DNA from: Eledone cirrhosa
Taxonomy: Eukaryota
Length of the DNA stretch: 64,000 nucleotides
NCBI GenBank assembly: GCA_964016885.1
Contig: OZ024743.1
Location: 49,042,001-49,106,000, forward strand
Direction: 5' to 3'
The notes under the pieces are model-generated. The model had not been told where the DNA came from. It saw only the letters and a list, made by a program, of their open reading frames with translations, and searched no databases. Numbering within the stretch: the stretch's first letter is position 1; each line of letters opens with the position of its first letter. Below, piece after piece: positions 62,534-64,000 of the stretch. The position numbers and the translations under genes are program-made.

Positions 62534-63029
62534 GTATTTAATATTCTCTCATGTTGTTGGCAAGAAGAGGATGGATTTGGTGGCTGCTTTGTTTGTTTTA
62601 TTTATATGGTACCAGGTGTTTGGTATAGGGTTGGCATAATTGTGCAACTGTCTAAGGAACAGTTGGGTGAGTGGGATGTAATCTGCATATGAAACTGGGT
62701 TTATATTTTGAAGGGGGCTTGTAGGAGCAAAAAGGAATGGGTAGAAAAATGAATCATTTTTTAATTCATTTGAGAAATTATAAGTTGTGTTGCTATTGTG
62801 CATTACATTAGGTTGGAGATTTAAAAGATAGTTTGGTGTCCACTTTTCAAAGTTCTTATTTAAAGTTGCTGTCCTAGGCAGGTAGGAAAACCATGCTTTT
62901 CCCATGTGATCCATTTTTTGCATGGTACCTTTGGCTGGATGCCCCTCCTTACACCCAACCACCTTATAACAGTTTTGTTTCCTGGTTTTCTTCCAATATC
63001 TCCATCATGACAGAATGATTATCATTAAT

Positions 63030-63218
63030 TAGTGGATTGGCAGTATAGGTAGAAGGTCGGACGCCATGCTTTGCACAAAGAGTTACGGCCCTTTATGGTC
63101 TGAGTTCAAATCCCGCCGAGGTTAACTTCACCTTTCATTCTTACGGGATTGATAAAATAAAGTACCAGCAATACACTGGGATAATTGCTGGCCTTGTGCC
63201 AAAAGTAGAAACAATTAA
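63030..63218 (+). mobile_element. Meta-type SINE B
   Basis: Same head, core and tail as 45837-46028. Confidence 0.88.
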
Positions 63219-63624
63219 TTAGTAGAGATAGCTTGAAAGTCATAAGCCTTCGCAATCTCAAAACAGTGACTATCACTGCCTGCCTTACCTTGGTAGGCAG
63301 TCTGAATGTTTTTGTTTGTTTGTTTTTTAAGGCTTAGTCATGGAGTGAAAGGCAGAGCCCATGGCCCTTTTTTTGTTTGTTTTTTTCTGGGTCTCTAAGG
63401 CTGGTGGGAGGATATTATTCCCAAACTTGATGCCTGGCCTGAATGCTTATAACAGAGTGAACTTTGCTAAAGGCATCCAAGGACCAGGTGGTGGTGTTAA
63501 ACTGGGCCACAGATTAAATCTACCACACAATGTATTCGCATTTGTCTTTTATTGTTTTCATCTTCATTATCCAAATTTTTGCACTAATTGATTATTAATG
63601 AAATACTTGTATTTTCTCTGACAG

Positions 63625-63875
63625 GAAGCCACCGAACATATGACAAAACATTGAAGGAATTCAGTGACCGTTACTATTTGGCTAAAACAATTGAAACTGT
63701 TCGCAATTACATAAAAGAATGCCCAGTTTGCCAAGCTTACCGCAGTGGCTACTCAGCCACTTCCACACCTGCTGGCAAGACTCCATTAGAAAGAGAAGAA
63801 CATGTTGCCGAACTTATGGCAGCCTTACCATTTCCAGAGACCTTGGGTGAAGTAATCAATCACTTTTGGCAAAAG
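63625..63875 (+). CDS. GIN1/Ginger-like integrase-derived protein, coding exon 2 (completes the HHCC zinc finger)
   Basis: Branch-like CTAAT (63584), TTTTCTCTGACAG| acceptor, phase-1 G+GA=Gly; GSHRTYDKTLKEFSDRYYLAKTIETVRNYIKECPVCQ...NHFWQK; donor |GTATT. Confidence 0.8.
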
Positions 63876-64000
63876 GTATTTCTCATTGATTGGTCCTCCT
63901 TAATCAACTCTTCTTGAGTAGACAACAATGATATTGAGTCTAGCACAATATTCTTTCTAAGCTGCATCGGAATGTGTCCGTGGAGCCACTTTATTGGTGT

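Noticed and set aside
62549-62962. 137-aa ORF with VSYADYI
   Set aside because: Possibly a very decayed LINE RT (YADD-like), but too weak to classify and not a credible exon.

Overview
Repeat-rich eukaryotic (animal) genomic DNA. The SINE and LINE complement looks like that of an octopod cephalopod, which is an inference from remembered repeat sequences, not a search. Two spliced host genes lie on the + strand. (1) The last three coding exons of the spliceosomal RRM protein RBM22 (3784-4031, 7981-8145, 8969-9120). (2) The first two coding exons of a GIN1/Ginger-like integrase-derived gene (27277-27574, 63625-63875), whose HHCC zinc finger is split by one 36,050-bp intron packed with transposons. 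The rest is several RTE LINE families, CORE-type and Meta-type tRNA SINEs, an L1/Tx1-like relic, a DD37D (maT) transposon with TIRs, a non-autonomous Helitron, and a Penelope-like element with inverted pseudo-LTRs and an apparently circularly permuted ORF. There are also LINE-derived minisatellites, a Helitron-capped satellite and long (TA)n tracts. Reading by eye found a cluster of type-I hammerhead ribozyme motifs from several unrelated sequence families: one canonical, one U3-A8 covariant, one U4A variant and several decayed copies. The best-preserved ones are antisense to the host intron. The many Y/I-rich ORFs are microsatellite translations. TE boundaries are approximate unless stated, and the RTE family labels A-E are my own.
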